A DNA stretch of 64,000 nt from Syntrophales bacterium (lineage in GTDB: Bacteria > Desulfobacterota > Syntrophia > Syntrophales > UBA2210). Where the stretch lies: the NCBI GenBank assembly GCA_963664485.1, contig OY761459.1, positions 2,225,949 through 2,289,948 on the forward strand. Reading direction: 5' to 3'. Below are positions 18,255 through 29,216 of this stretch, in pieces (positions within the stretch are counted from its first letter, which is position 1; every line of letters starts with the position of its first letter). The notes under the pieces were generated by a model. That model worked only from the letters and a program-made list of their open reading frames with translations. It was not told the origin of the DNA and searched no databases. Made by a program: the position numbers and the translations under genes.

Positions 18255-19580
18255 TTATTTGAAATGTTTTTTCACAATACCTTCCGCGGCGATCATTCCC
18301 GAGACGGCGGCTCCCACGATTCCGCGACTTTTCCCCGTGCCGTCACCGGCCACGAATATACCTGGAATGTTTGTTTCGAGATCCCGGCTGGTCGGGAAAT
18401 GGGTGTCGAAGAATTTGATTTCCGGAGCGTACAGCAAGGTCGAAGGGTGAAGTATGCCTGGTACAATCTTGTCGAGTGTTTTAAGGGATTCCCACAGATT
18501 ATCCACTATGCGCGCGGGGAGGCCTAGCGTAATGTCTCCCGGTACCGCGTTATAGGTGGCTTTGCACTGGTCGAAGTGACGGGTCTTGCTGTTAAATGTC
18601 GATTGAGAGCTTCTTTTGCCTTCCCTGAAGTCTCCGATTCTCTGAACAATAGGTTTGCCTCCGCCGAGCAGGAAGAACTGTCTCGCTATCATCCGGCCGA
18701 ATTCGGTTGTATCGGAAAAAGGCTGAGTCAGGGAAACCGTATTTATCAGGGCAAAATTTGTGTTTTCCGTCTTGCGGTCCAGAAGAGAATCGCCGTTCAT
18801 CAACTTGAAGCTGTCGTAGTTTTCAATCCGTACCCTGCCACCCGGGTTGGTACAAAAGGTCCTGACCCTGTCTCTATGGCACCTTGTGCAAAAGATAAAC
18901 TTTGGATCGTATACGACATCGGTTATCGGGTCATAGCACTTTCTGTTCATTTCGACACGTATGCCCACATCGATAGGACCGAAATTGTTGTTAATTCCGA
19001 TCTCCCTGGCAACGTCTCTGAACCAGTAGGCACCACTGCGTCCCGGTGAGGCTAAAACGATTTTCCCGGAATAGATTTGTTCTTCCCGGTCTTTGGTACA
19101 TACAAGGCAGAAACGATCGCTTTCCTTTTTGACGGAAAGTACCTCGGTTCCGAGGAAAAAAGTAGTTTTGGCAAGAGAGCTTCTCAAATGATCGACGAAT
19201 TTTTTCCCGTTATCGGTTCCATAATGCCACTGTTCCGGGGCGATAAATTCGACATTATGCTCCTTCGCGACATCCCTCCATGCATCTATTTTTTCTGTGT
19301 TTTCGATGAAAGTAACCTGCTGGCACAAAGGGAAGGTGATAAAAACCTTCTTTACCCCCTGCATTAAAAGCTGAGCCTCGTTCTTGTCGATCTGCAGTTC
19401 ATCGAGATCGATCCCGATCCGGTAATCGAAATTCAGCTTGCCGTCGTTCAACAGGCCGCCTGCCGAATATTGATTCCTGTCGAAAATCGCAATTCTGTCG
19501 ATGCCCAGGCGCTCGAGCCATAGCGCTGTGAACAGGCCGGCCGGGCCGGAACCTATGATTAATACATTAAAATCACTCAT
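18255..19580 (-). CDS. FAD-dependent oxidoreductase (COG2509-like)
   Basis: N-terminal dinucleotide fold VLIIGSGPAGLFTA and C-terminal GIFVAGDGTG motif. Confidence 0.75.
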   Translation of the reverse strand: MSDFNVLIIGSGPAGLFTALWLERLGIDRIAIFDRNQYSAGGLLNDGKLNFDYRIGIDLDELQIDKNEAQLLMQGVKKVFITFPLCQQVTFIENTEKIDAWRDVAKEHNVEFIAPEQWHYGTDNGKKFVDHLRSSLAKTTFFLGTEVLSVKKESDRFCLVCTKDREEQIYSGKIVLASPGRSGAYWFRDVAREIGINNNFGPIDVGIRVEMNRKCYDPITDVVYDPKFIFCTRCHRDRVRTFCTNPGGRVRIENYDSFKLMNGDSLLDRKTENTNFALINTVSLTQPFSDTTEFGRMIARQFFLLGGGKPIVQRIGDFREGKRSSQSTFNSKTRHFDQCKATYNAVPGDITLGLPARIVDNLWESLKTLDKIVPGILHPSTLLYAPEIKFFDTHFPTSRDLETNIPGIFVAGDGTGKSRGIVGAAVSGMIAAEGIVKKHFK

Positions 19581-19898
19581 GTTATGAAATCCTGCCTGTC
19601 GAAGTTTAAAAATTGTCCGTCGATTTGAGTTACCTGTTTGATTTCTGTTTCCGTTATCGACCCCGGATATTCAGTTTATTTTCATAAGGCTTATAAGTCA
19701 ATTGAAGTTTCCCATAATACGACTCGGAGAAAGCCCCGGCTATTTGCAGGGCACCGGGATTTATTTTATTTTTCTCCTGCAGAAAATGATATCCTTCGCT
19801 TTTTATATCCGTTTCGCCGATTGCCCTTCGGGTATGTTCGTGTTATAAATTATCCGATACGAGGTCGCTGCCGCCGACCGTAATTTTTTGAGAATATC

Positions 19899-20978
19899 AT
19901 GGGAGAAACGGTTACGAGAAGAAGAACAAGACAGATACATGTCGGCCCGGTCAAAATAGGGGGTGATGCTCCTATCACGGTACAATCAATGACTTGTACC
20001 GATACAAGAGATGTCGATGCGACCATAGACCAGATCAGGAGACTGGAAAACGCCGGCTGCGAAATTGTCAGAGTAGCGGTTCCCGATATGGAAGCTGCAA
20101 AGGCGATTACGGAAATCAAGAGAAAAATAGCCATTCCCCTGATCGCGGACATACATTTTGATTACCGGCTCGCGGTAAACGCGATCAGAAACGGGGCCGA
20201 CTGTATAAGGATAAATCCCGGGAATATAAAAAAAGATAAGATAAGAGAGATAGTAAACGAGGCAAAAGCGAGGGATATTTCGATACGAATAGGTATCAAT
20301 TCAGGTTCCCTCGAGAAGGATATTCTTGCCGGGCACGGCGCCCCTACCGCTTCCGCACTCGTCGAATCCGCGCTGCGAAATATTGAATTCTTCGAGGATA
20401 TGGATTTCCGGTCTATAAAGGTGTCATTGAAGGCGTCCGATGTTCCTGCGATGATAGAGGCAAATCGTGCAATATCCGCTGCCACCGATTATCCCCTGCA
20501 TCTCGGTGTTACCGAGGCGGGAAGTCTTGTTAATTCCGCGATAAAATCGTCCATAGGCATCGGGACACTCCTTGGCGAAGGTATCGGAGATACCATACGG
20601 GTTTCAATATCGGGCGATCCCGTCGGAGAGGTCGGCGTGGCTTACGGAATACTGCGGGCCCTTGGCATCAGGAGGGTAGGGCCGGACATTATTTCCTGCC
20701 CTACCTGCGGACGCTGCGAGATAGACCTGTTCAAACTGGTTGAAGAGGTTGAGAAACGACTCTCGGGAGTCAAGGAATACTTCAAGGTCGCCCTTATGGG
20801 TTGTGTCGTCAACGGGCCTGGCGAGGCTGCCGAAGCCGACGTCGGTATTGCCGGCGGAAGAAAATTCGGATTTCTTTTCAAGAAGGGGAAGATCATAAGA
20901 AAGATAAGGGAAGAAGAGTTTGTCGATGCGCTTATGGATGAGATTCATGCGATGATAAAAGAGAAGAACAGTCGATAG
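19899..20978 (+). CDS. ispG: 4-hydroxy-3-methylbut-2-en-1-yl diphosphate synthase
   Basis: RRRTRQIHVG.VKIGGDAPITVQSMT N-terminus and C-terminal CPTCGRC cluster motif. Confidence 0.95.
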   Translation: MGETVTRRRTRQIHVGPVKIGGDAPITVQSMTCTDTRDVDATIDQIRRLENAGCEIVRVAVPDMEAAKAITEIKRKIAIPLIADIHFDYRLAVNAIRNGADCIRINPGNIKKDKIREIVNEAKARDISIRIGINSGSLEKDILAGHGAPTASALVESALRNIEFFEDMDFRSIKVSLKASDVPAMIEANRAISAATDYPLHLGVTEAGSLVNSAIKSSIGIGTLLGEGIGDTIRVSISGDPVGEVGVAYGILRALGIRRVGPDIISCPTCGRCEIDLFKLVEEVEKRLSGVKEYFKVALMGCVVNGPGEAAEADVGIAGGRKFGFLFKKGKIIRKIREEEFVDALMDEIHAMIKEKNSR

Positions 20979-21068
20979 GGAGCGGATTAAATGCGGATTG
21001 CCCGGACCGTTTCGGATCATGAGAAGGTCCGGTTGTTACTCTAAATTCTTGGAGATTGAGGAGGGAAA

Positions 21069-22790
21069 ATGCGTTATTCAGAGATGTTTTTGCCGACCAT
21101 GAAAGAGATTCCTTCTGATGCGGAAATAGTAAGCCACCAGCTTATGCTGCGTGCGGGAATGATACGTAAACTGGCCGGGGGAATATACACATATCTGCCA
21201 CTGGGTTATCGTGTAATCAAAAAGGTGGAGAATATCGTGCGTGAAGAGATGAGCAGAGCAGGCGCTCAGGAACTGTTCATGCCTGCAGTGCAGCCGGCCG
21301 AACTCTGGATGGAATCGGGACGCTGGAACATGTACGGGAAAGAACTGCTCAGGGTCAAAGACAGGCACAACAGGGATTATTGCATAGGACCTACGCATGA
21401 AGAGGTAATAACCGCGCTTGTGCGCGACGAGATACAGACGTATCGCCAACTTCCCATGAATCTTTATCAGATCCAGACGAAATTTCGTGATGAGATACGT
21501 CCGAGGTTCGGTGTCATGAGATCAAGAGAGTTCGGCATGAAGGACGCCTACAGTTTCGATGCCGACGAAGCGGGTGCCGAAAAAAGCTACAGGAAGATGT
21601 TCGATGCCTATATCAGGATATTCAGACGATGCGGTCTGCACTTCAGACCGGTGGAGGCGGACAGCGGTAATATAGGCGGGAGCTTTTCTCATGAATTCAT
21701 GGTTACCGCGGAATCGGGAGAAGATGCGATGGTTCATTGCACCTCGTGCGACTATGCCGCGAATCTCGAGAAGGCGGAAGTCTCCAGGCCGGAGGAAAAA
21801 GCGGATCAAGCCGTGGATTTCTCTCCGATAGAGGAGGTTCATACTCCCGATATAAGAACCATAGAAGAGGTTTGCGCGTTTCTGGACGTGAAACCCGGTG
21901 ATATAGTAAAGACCATGATATTCGTGGGTGATGGCAAGCCGGTAGCCGTTCTGGTAAGAGGCGATGAGGATGTCAACGAGACAAAACTCAGAAATTATCT
22001 CGGGTGCGATTCCCTTGAACTCGCCATGGACGATACTATTCTGGAAGTAACGGGTTCTCCCCGTGGATTTGCTGGTCCCATAGGAATAAAATCCGTAATT
22101 ATTGCGGATTATTCCCTCATCGGGATGAGAAATTTTGTTGTAGGCGCAAACAGGGAAAATTACCATATAAAAAACTGCAATATCGGAAGAGACTTAGAGA
22201 TAAGGAATTATGCCGACCTGAGGATCGTCAAAGAGGGCGATTTATGCCCCCGCTGCGGGAAAGAACTGAAGATCGCGAGGGGTATCGAGGTAGGGCATGT
22301 ATTCAAACTTGGCATGAAGTACAGTAAAGCAATGAACGCCACCTTTCTTGACAGTGATGGTAAAGAAAAATACATGATCATGGGATGTTACGGTATCGGT
22401 ATCGGCAGGACCGCCGCCGCGTGTATCGAACAGAGTCGTGACGAGGACGGAATTATATGGCCGATGCCGATCGCGCCGTTTCAGGTGATAATTACGCCGG
22501 TGAATATAAACGATGAAAACCTGGCCCGCGTTGCCGAAGAGTTGTACAACGGTTTTGTCGAGGACGGCGTGGAAGTTATTCTGGATGACAGAAACGAAAG
22601 GGCTGGAGTAAAGTTTAAAGATGCCGACCTTATCGGTATACCCATCAGAATAACAGTCGGCGCAAAAAGTCTTGCGGAAGGGAAGGTGGAGGTGCGGTCC
22701 CGGAAATCCGGAGAAGTCGAAAAGGTGTCGCTCGAAACGGTCAGGGATTTCATAACAAAAACGATAATGGAGCAGCTCTCAATCAGTTAA
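21069..22790 (+). CDS. proS: Prolyl-tRNA synthetase (bacterial type with editing insertion)
   Basis: MRYSEMFLPT.KE.P.DAE..SHQLMLRAG start, 573 aa, class II motifs. Confidence 0.95.
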   Translation: MRYSEMFLPTMKEIPSDAEIVSHQLMLRAGMIRKLAGGIYTYLPLGYRVIKKVENIVREEMSRAGAQELFMPAVQPAELWMESGRWNMYGKELLRVKDRHNRDYCIGPTHEEVITALVRDEIQTYRQLPMNLYQIQTKFRDEIRPRFGVMRSREFGMKDAYSFDADEAGAEKSYRKMFDAYIRIFRRCGLHFRPVEADSGNIGGSFSHEFMVTAESGEDAMVHCTSCDYAANLEKAEVSRPEEKADQAVDFSPIEEVHTPDIRTIEEVCAFLDVKPGDIVKTMIFVGDGKPVAVLVRGDEDVNETKLRNYLGCDSLELAMDDTILEVTGSPRGFAGPIGIKSVIIADYSLIGMRNFVVGANRENYHIKNCNIGRDLEIRNYADLRIVKEGDLCPRCGKELKIARGIEVGHVFKLGMKYSKAMNATFLDSDGKEKYMIMGCYGIGIGRTAAACIEQSRDEDGIIWPMPIAPFQVIITPVNINDENLARVAEELYNGFVEDGVEVILDDRNERAGVKFKDADLIGIPIRITVGAKSLAEGKVEVRSRKSGEVEKVSLETVRDFITKTIMEQLSIS

Positions 22791-22800
22791 ATTTTATCAG

Positions 22801-22925
22801 GGTTCCAAGGGCCGAGGGGTCAAGGATTAAAGGGCCTGATTTCTAAAAAATTTTTCAGTGCCTTTAACATTCTTCTTTCTGCTCGCTCGATCCCTCGAAT
22901 CCTTGACCCCTTGGACCCTTAAACC
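22801..22925. repeat. Imperfect ~35-bp inverted repeats flanking a ~53-bp spacer (MITE-like or structured-RNA element) in the proS-rel spacer
   Basis: Left arm GGTTCCAAGGGCCGAGGGGTCAAGGATTAAAGGGC. Right arm GATCCCTCGAATCCTTGACCCCTTGGACCCTTAAACC. The perfect 13-nt core is GGGGTCAAGGATT / AATCCTTGACCCC. Confidence 0.35.
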
Positions 22926-22973
22926 TTAAACGACGTGCCGGAGTTCTCGCAATCTCCGGGTAAATGATAAAGC

Positions 22974-25193
22974 ATGATAAGAATAACCGACATATTGGAA
23001 GAGGCCCAGAAATACCTCTCACAAAAAGATCTTGAGATGGTGGAAAAGGCCTATATTTTTTCCGCGTCCGTACATCAGGGGCAGCTTCGCCTGTCGGGAG
23101 AGCCTTATCTCATCCATCCCCTTGAAGTAACAGGGATGCTGGCAGAAATGAAACTCGACAGGGCCACGCTGATAACGGGTTTGTTACATGACACCGTCGA
23201 GGACACCCTTGCGACGCTTCAACAGATCGAAGAGGCTTTCGGTAAAGATGTTGCCTTCCTCGTGGATGGTCTGACCAAGATAAGCAGGATAACCTTTGGC
23301 GATCAGTTGGAACGCCAGGCTGAAAACTTCAGGAAAATGATGCTGGCTATGTCTGCCGATATCAGGATACTGCTGATCAAGCTGGTCGACAGACTTCACA
23401 ATATGCGCACTCTCGATTTTCAGCCGGCCAACAAACAGAAATTCATAGCGCAGGAAACACTGGAGGTTTATGCTCCGCTGGCCGGACGCCTGGGAATAAA
23501 CCGGATAAAGAGTGAACTGGAAGATCTGTCTTTGAAGTACCTCTATCCGGAGGGATATTATGAGTTGACGGAACGCGTGGATAAAAAGAAGAATGAACGC
23601 GATAAATACACGGAAGAGGTTCGAGATATAATCCGCCGGCAGATTGAAAAGGTCGGCTTGAAGGGGGATGTCAGAGGAAGAGCTAAGCATTTCTACAGCA
23701 TTTTCAAGAAGATGCATGAACAGCGTATAAATTTTGATGAGGTTTACGATCTCACGGCATTCAGGATAATTCTCGATTCCAACGAAGAAAGAAAGTGTTA
23801 TGAGGTGCTGAGTATAATTCATGCGCTCTGGAAGCCCGTACCCGGACGATTCAAGGACTATATAGCGATGCCCAAGACTAACAACTATCGCTCCCTGCAT
23901 ACCACCGTTATCGGCCCGTATGGCGAACGGGTGGAGATACAGATAAGAACGCGCGAGATGGATGAATGGGCGGAAAAGGGCATAGCGGCCCACTGGCGTT
24001 ATAAAGAGGGAAAAGCATCTTCCGGTGCTGAAGATCAGGATCAGATCAACAAGCTCCGGGAATTGCTCGATATTCAAAGCGAGCACAAAAATGCCCGGGA
24101 ATTCATGAAGAACCTGAAACTGGCGCTTTATCCGGATGAAGTTTACGTTTTTACACCGAGCGGTGATGTGAAATCCTTTCCGAAGAGTGCCACTCCCATC
24201 GATTTCGCTTACAGTATCCATACCGACGTAGGCAATCAATGCGTCGGAGCAAAAGTAAACAGAAGCATCGTTCCCCTTAAGTACCAGCTCAAAAACGGCG
24301 ACACCGTAGAGATCATGACGCAGGCGGGACATTTCCCCAGTAAAGACTGGTTGAAGTATGCGGTGACGTCGAAAGCGATATCCAAGATACGGCAGTGGAT
24401 AAAGACGGAGGAACGGGAAGAAAGTATTATATTAGGGAGAAGTATTTTTGAAAAAGAACTAAAGAAGCACAATCTGAAACTCAATAAACTGATCAAGACG
24501 AACGAATTCAATGCAATACTGGAAGGGCAGTCTCTGGGTACCCTTAACGATCTGTTAGCCCTTATCGGTTACGGAAAGATATCGTCGAAACATGTTGTAA
24601 ATCAGTTCTTGCAGGATAGAGGTGAGGAAAAAGAACAGGAAGAAGATGAAATCCCGGAAAAAACCGAAGTAAAATTCAAGAAAACTCCATCCGATGCTGG
24701 TATATCGGTAACAGGAATCGACAATGTCATGGTAAGATTCGCAAAGTGCTGCAATCCGCTGCCCGGGGATGACATAGTAGGTTGCGTAACGCGGGGACGG
24801 GGCATAACCATCCATGGGGTGGACTGTCCGATGGTAAAAGAGATGGACCCCGAACGAATAATCGACGCGCAGTGGAATGTAAGCGAAAAACAGATATTCC
24901 CGGTCAATATCAGGGTAAACTGCAAGGATAAGAAGGGGCTTTTATCTGAGTTGAGTAGTGTCATATATTCGATGGGAATAAATATGAGTTATGCTAATAT
25001 CAACACGAATCCGAATGTTTATGCGGTGTGCAACTTTCAGCTTGATATAAGGGATCTTAAGCAGCTCAACACGGTTATTGCCGAACTTAAGAAATTAAAA
25101 AGCGTTTTATCGGTCGAGAGAGTGCGAGGGTCTTTACGCGATGCCGGAAAGCGCAGGCCCCGTAAAAAAGATGATATTGACATGTGGCGTTAA
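22974..25193 (+). CDS. rel: Bifunctional (p)ppGpp synthetase/hydrolase (RelA/SpoT homologue)
   Basis: 739 aa with HD hydrolase motifs (HPLEV, HDTVEDT), synthetase domain, and TGS and ACT regions. Confidence 0.95.
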   Translation: MIRITDILEEAQKYLSQKDLEMVEKAYIFSASVHQGQLRLSGEPYLIHPLEVTGMLAEMKLDRATLITGLLHDTVEDTLATLQQIEEAFGKDVAFLVDGLTKISRITFGDQLERQAENFRKMMLAMSADIRILLIKLVDRLHNMRTLDFQPANKQKFIAQETLEVYAPLAGRLGINRIKSELEDLSLKYLYPEGYYELTERVDKKKNERDKYTEEVRDIIRRQIEKVGLKGDVRGRAKHFYSIFKKMHEQRINFDEVYDLTAFRIILDSNEERKCYEVLSIIHALWKPVPGRFKDYIAMPKTNNYRSLHTTVIGPYGERVEIQIRTREMDEWAEKGIAAHWRYKEGKASSGAEDQDQINKLRELLDIQSEHKNAREFMKNLKLALYPDEVYVFTPSGDVKSFPKSATPIDFAYSIHTDVGNQCVGAKVNRSIVPLKYQLKNGDTVEIMTQAGHFPSKDWLKYAVTSKAISKIRQWIKTEEREESIILGRSIFEKELKKHNLKLNKLIKTNEFNAILEGQSLGTLNDLLALIGYGKISSKHVVNQFLQDRGEEKEQEEDEIPEKTEVKFKKTPSDAGISVTGIDNVMVRFAKCCNPLPGDDIVGCVTRGRGITIHGVDCPMVKEMDPERIIDAQWNVSEKQIFPVNIRVNCKDKKGLLSELSSVIYSMGINMSYANINTNPNVYAVCNFQLDIRDLKQLNTVIAELKKLKSVLSVERVRGSLRDAGKRRPRKKDDIDMWR

Positions 25194-25240
25194 ACTGCTG
25201 TACTAAGTCCGCACAGCGAATGTTGAGACAAGAGGACGCA

Positions 25241-25936
25241 ATGATTATAAAATCAAAAAAACTGATACCGATTATAACCTTATTCATGATAATGATCCTG
25301 CCCGCGGTTGCTATCGCCGGGAAGCACGTGGTAGTCATCGATCCCGCTCATGGAGGGAGTGACAGGGGTGTGAAACTGTCCATGAGCCTTTACGAGAAAG
25401 ACGTGACCCTTACCATAGCTAAACTCGTAAAGGAAAATCTGTCCGGGGTACAGGATATAACACTTAAACTTACGAGGTCGGATGATACGAACGTTTCCCC
25501 GGCAACCCGGAAGAAGATCGCCGTAGAGGCGGGTGCGGATCTTTTTGTAAGTATTCATGTCAATGCCGGTTTCGGACTGGACGCAAAGGGATACGAGATT
25601 TACTATCCCGTTGCCGATATGCCGTCCGCCGAGAAGATCAACTCCGGTGAAATACTCAAAGATATGAATCAGACAGAACGCCTGAACAGTTCGGTAATCT
25701 TCGCACAGATAATCCGGAAAAACATGGAGAAGATATTTCCACGGGAGGGAAGGGGGCTGAGAAATGCTCCGATTTTCGTGCTGCAGTCCATGACAATGCC
25801 CGGTGTTCTTCTGGAAACGGGATTCGCGACAAATCTCGAAAACAAAAAGAAGCTGAAGGATAAAAAGGTTGATAAGGCTATCGCCGACGCGATCAGTGAG
25901 AGTATAAAAAAATATTTTTCAACCGGCGGAAAATAA
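25241..25936 (+). CDS. N-acetylmuramoyl-L-alanine amidase (Amidase_3), exported
   Basis: Signal peptide [26 protein letters not shown], then VVIDPAHGG and LFVSIHVNA motifs. The start is chosen at the Met preceding the signal peptide. Confidence 0.8.
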   Translation: MIIKSKKLIPIITLFMIMILPAVAIAGKHVVVIDPAHGGSDRGVKLSMSLYEKDVTLTIAKLVKENLSGVQDITLKLTRSDDTNVSPATRKKIAVEAGADLFVSIHVNAGFGLDAKGYEIYYPVADMPSAEKINSGEILKDMNQTERLNSSVIFAQIIRKNMEKIFPREGRGLRNAPIFVLQSMTMPGVLLETGFATNLENKKKLKDKKVDKAIADAISESIKKYFSTGGK

Positions 25937-26658
25937 TGAAAAGGGCAAACGGCCGCCAGTGGAATGAGATGCGGCAGATAAAAATAACCAGGGATTTCCT
26001 GCCGAGCGCCAAGGGATCGGTTCTGATAGAGATGGAGAACACTCGCGTTATATGCACGGCTGCCCTGGAAAACAGAGTCCCTCCTTTCTTAAAAAACTCC
26101 GGTAAAGGATGGCTGACCGCTGAATATGCCATGCTTCCGATGGCTACGCCCTTGAGGAATACTCGAGAATCGTCCGGAGGAAAGATCAAGGGAAGAACGC
26201 ACGAGATCCAGAGGTTAATCGGAAGATCGCTGCGCGCTGTAACAGACCTGAACACCTTAGGCGAAAGGACCATCTTTATCGACTGTGATGTGATACAGGC
26301 AGACGGCGGTACGCGAACAGCGTCGATAACCGGCGGGTTCATAGCGTTGGTGGATGCTTTAAGGCAACTGAAAAAAGAGGGCGAAATAGAAGCCTTTCCC
26401 GTAAATGATTTTATATCCGCCATCAGCGTCGGGATTGTCGATGGCGAGGTCCTTCTCGATCTCGACTACGCGGAAGATTCGAGCGCCGATGTCGATATGA
26501 ATTTCGTAATAACCGGCAGCGGGGGAATCGTCGAAGTCCAGGGTACCGCGGAAGCAACGCCTTTCAGCCGTGATATGCTAGACAAAATGACCGATACCGC
26601 GGCAGAGGGGATCGCCGATCTTATAAAGAAGCAGAAAGAGGTCCTTGGAGAGATATGA
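25936..26658 (+). CDS. rph: Ribonuclease PH
   Basis: 240 aa with typical RNase PH sequence ([34 protein letters not shown]). Its start overlaps the amidase stop. Confidence 0.95.
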   Translation: MKRANGRQWNEMRQIKITRDFLPSAKGSVLIEMENTRVICTAALENRVPPFLKNSGKGWLTAEYAMLPMATPLRNTRESSGGKIKGRTHEIQRLIGRSLRAVTDLNTLGERTIFIDCDVIQADGGTRTASITGGFIALVDALRQLKKEGEIEAFPVNDFISAISVGIVDGEVLLDLDYAEDSSADVDMNFVITGSGGIVEVQGTAEATPFSRDMLDKMTDTAAEGIADLIKKQKEVLGEI

Positions 26659-27290
26659 CTGTATCGAAAGCCTCGCCGGCAAATGGACCTGAGAAGTATA
26701 AGATAGTTTTTGCCTCGAAAAACAAGGGTAAAATAAGAGAACTTAAAGCATTGCTTAATGGAATGAACGTCGATCTTTCCTCGCTGCACGATTATCCCGA
26801 TGCCCCGTATATCGTCGAAGATGGGGCAACTTTCCTGGAAAACGCGTTAAAAAAGGCCCGAACTATCTCCGAATATGCCGGAGCGATGGTTATAGCAGAC
26901 GACTCGGGGCTGGAAGTGGATTATCTGGGCGGGGCTCCCGGCATTCATTCGGCACGGTACGCTGGAGGAGACGCTACAGACTATAAAAATGTCTTCAAAC
27001 TACTGGAGCAATTGGAAAATGTTCCCACAGAGAAAAGAGGCGCGTCTTTCAGGTGCGCGCTGGTTTTGTACAAAACAGACGGAACATTCGAAACCTTTGA
27101 AGGCAGGCTGAAGGGGATAATATCCGAAGAACCGGTGGGCAGTGAAGGTTTCGGATACGATCCGGTATTTATCGTGCCGGAATTCGGCAAGACAATTGCC
27201 CAGCTTGATCCTGATACAAAAAACAGGATCAGCCACAGGGCGATGGCCTTTGCCAAACTCAAAAAAAGCTTGCAGAAACAAATCGAATAA
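26655..27290 (+). CDS. rdgB: dITP/XTP pyrophosphatase (RdgB/HAM1 family)
   Basis: [19 protein letters not shown] and GFGYDPVF motifs; 4-nt overlap with rph. Confidence 0.9.
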   Translation: MTVSKASPANGPEKYKIVFASKNKGKIRELKALLNGMNVDLSSLHDYPDAPYIVEDGATFLENALKKARTISEYAGAMVIADDSGLEVDYLGGAPGIHSARYAGGDATDYKNVFKLLEQLENVPTEKRGASFRCALVLYKTDGTFETFEGRLKGIISEEPVGSEGFGYDPVFIVPEFGKTIAQLDPDTKNRISHRAMAFAKLKKSLQKQIE

Positions 27291-27343
27291 TCTAAAAGGC
27301 ATCGGCACTTAGATAAGATGCCATTCAGAATTATCCACCTATT

Positions 27344-27420
27344 CGGGGCGTAGCGCAGCTTGGTAGCGCGCCTGCTTTGGGAGCAGGATGTCGCAGGTTC
27401 AAATCCTGCCGCCCCGACCA
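27344..27420 (+). tRNA. tRNA-Pro (anticodon TGG), CCA encoded
   Basis: The cloverleaf was folded by hand: acceptor CGGGGCG/CGCCCCG, D stem GCGC/GCGC, anticodon stem CCTGC/GCAGG with loop TTTGGGA, and T arm GCAGG-TTCAAAT-CCTGC. Length 77 nt. Confidence 0.95.
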
Positions 27421-27477
27421 GTAATTTTCTGTAATTTTGAGATTTAAAACGTGATTACAGCCGTCGTATTATGCGTT

Positions 27478-29216
27478 TTACTCGAAAGCGAATCCTTCTT
27501 CCCGAAAAAGCGCGATACAGATTTGTGCCACGGAGTCGTCATAGATCCCGTCCGGCACCGGTTTGAATTTCCTTTAGTGCCGCTTCGATTCCCAGGGAAG
27601 GACGATACGGACGGTGCGATGCCATCGCCTCGACGACGTCTGCAACGGCGACAATCTTTGCCTCCATCATGATATCTTTTTCCCTGAGACCCTGTGGGTA
27701 GCCGCTCCCGTCGAGCCGTTCATGGTGTTGATGAACGATATCGGCAATACGGCCAGGGAAAGTCGATTTCCTTTAGCAATTGATAGCCCATTCGAGGGTG
27801 ATCCTTAATTAACTCGAATTCCGTTGCGCTCAGTTTCGACGGTTTGCTTAGAATTTCCGCCGGTATATTGATCTTACCGGCATCGTGAATCGAAGCGGCA
27901 AAGCGGATTCCCATGATGATGTCTTCCGGTAGATTCATTTTTCCAGCGATCGCGCTGGCAAGAGACATGACCCGGATCTGATGTCCTGCCGTATACGGAT
28001 CCCTGAGTTCAACGGCCCTCGCGAGAACCTGGATGGTGCCTTCAAAGGTGGAGAGTATTTGTTTATAGTTTTGGACCAGTTCCCTCTCCGCGTCCTTTTG
28101 CTTTGTTATATCGCGGTAGATGATAAAGTATCCCTCAGTTCTACCGTCGATGATTACCGGTCCTCCCGATATCGAAACATTAACCGCGCCGCCGTCTTTG
28201 CGGTATCGGACCCTCTCGTAATCGCGAACTCCTCCTGCCAGGGATTCCTGGTCGATAGCCCGAGCTTCTTTTATCTGGTCCATTCCCGCGGGAATAACTA
28301 TATCATTAATGTTTTTCCCTCTTATCTCTCCAATCTTATATCCGAACAGATCCAGGAATCCCTGGTTAGCGTCCATTACCCTGCCCTGGAGATTGAGTGT
28401 AACTATTCCTTCGAGGGAATAGTCGAAGATGGATCGAACTCTGGCTCGCTGACGTCTCGCCTCCTGTTCCGCCTTTTTCCGTGGGGTTATGTCACGCAGA
28501 GAGGCGATGAAGCAATCTTTTTTTTCGTATACCGTGCTCGCGACACGCATTTCCACCGAGGTTATTTTCCCCGTTGTACCGACTATGTCTATCTCGGAAT
28601 ATTCCCTTTCGATGACGGGAAATCCGAATTCACGGCCCACCATCTCCCCTGCCGGTCTGCCGAACATTGTTTCAGCGGAACTGTTGATAAAAAGGATAAT
28701 GCCGGAGGAATCGATGATCACGATCCCATCGGCATTTCCCTCGATAACGGTGCGAAACATATTTTCGCTCCGGGCGAGTTCCACCTGTGCCGACTTTCTC
28801 ATCAGGGCGAGTTCTACGGCGGAGTGTATGTCCGTTTTTTGAAAAGGTTTCGTAATAAAGCCGAAAGGGACGGTGGCCATGGCGCGGCTTCGAGTATCGG
28901 CATCGATATCAGCAGTTACATATACAACAGGAATGGCGTAATGCTCTTGGATGTACTTTGCGGCATCTATACCATCCATCTTTCCATAGAGTTTGATGTC
29001 CATCAGGATCAGGTCGGGGGGCTCCCGGCGAACCATTTCAAGGGCGTCTTCTCCTGAACCTGCAATCGATATTCTGCCGTATCCTTCTGACTGAAGTATG
29101 TCCTTGAGATCATGTGCCACGACCGACTCGTCTTCGACGATCAATATATGTAAACGCTCTTTATCCTCTACCATTTTATCCTCCTCGATTCGGGCCGTTC
29201 GCGTCCCCGGGAGCAT
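27478..29216 (-). pseudogene. Response regulator REC-PAS-PAS-HD-GYP (c-di-GMP phosphodiesterase type) disrupted by two +1 frameshifts in the HD-GYP domain
   Basis: The track ORF (27720..29216) ends at ...DFPWPYCRYRSSTP*. The next frame reads IADIVHQHHERLDGSGYPQGLREKDIMMEAKIVAVADVVEAMASHRPYRPS...GAGR. A third frame reads IYDDSVAQICIALFREEGFAFE*, with its stop at 27478. The likely start is ATG 29174, after GAGGAGG. Confidence 0.75.

Noticed and set aside
19750-19768. GGCAC motif upstream of ispG as a possible sigma-54 promoter.
   Set aside because: The -12 position reads TTTAT rather than TTGC, so no GC dinucleotide sits at the required spacing.
23184-24332. 382-aa ORF antisense to rel. Similar long antisense ORFs occur at 27981-29057, 21522-22166, 48274-48963, 54139-54876, 58358-59119, 33961-34635, 16143-16769 and 61803-62447.
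   Set aside because: All lie fully inside strongly supported genes on the other strand. They have no recognisable motifs or RBSs and show the Arg/Ser/Leu-rich composition typical of shadow frames.
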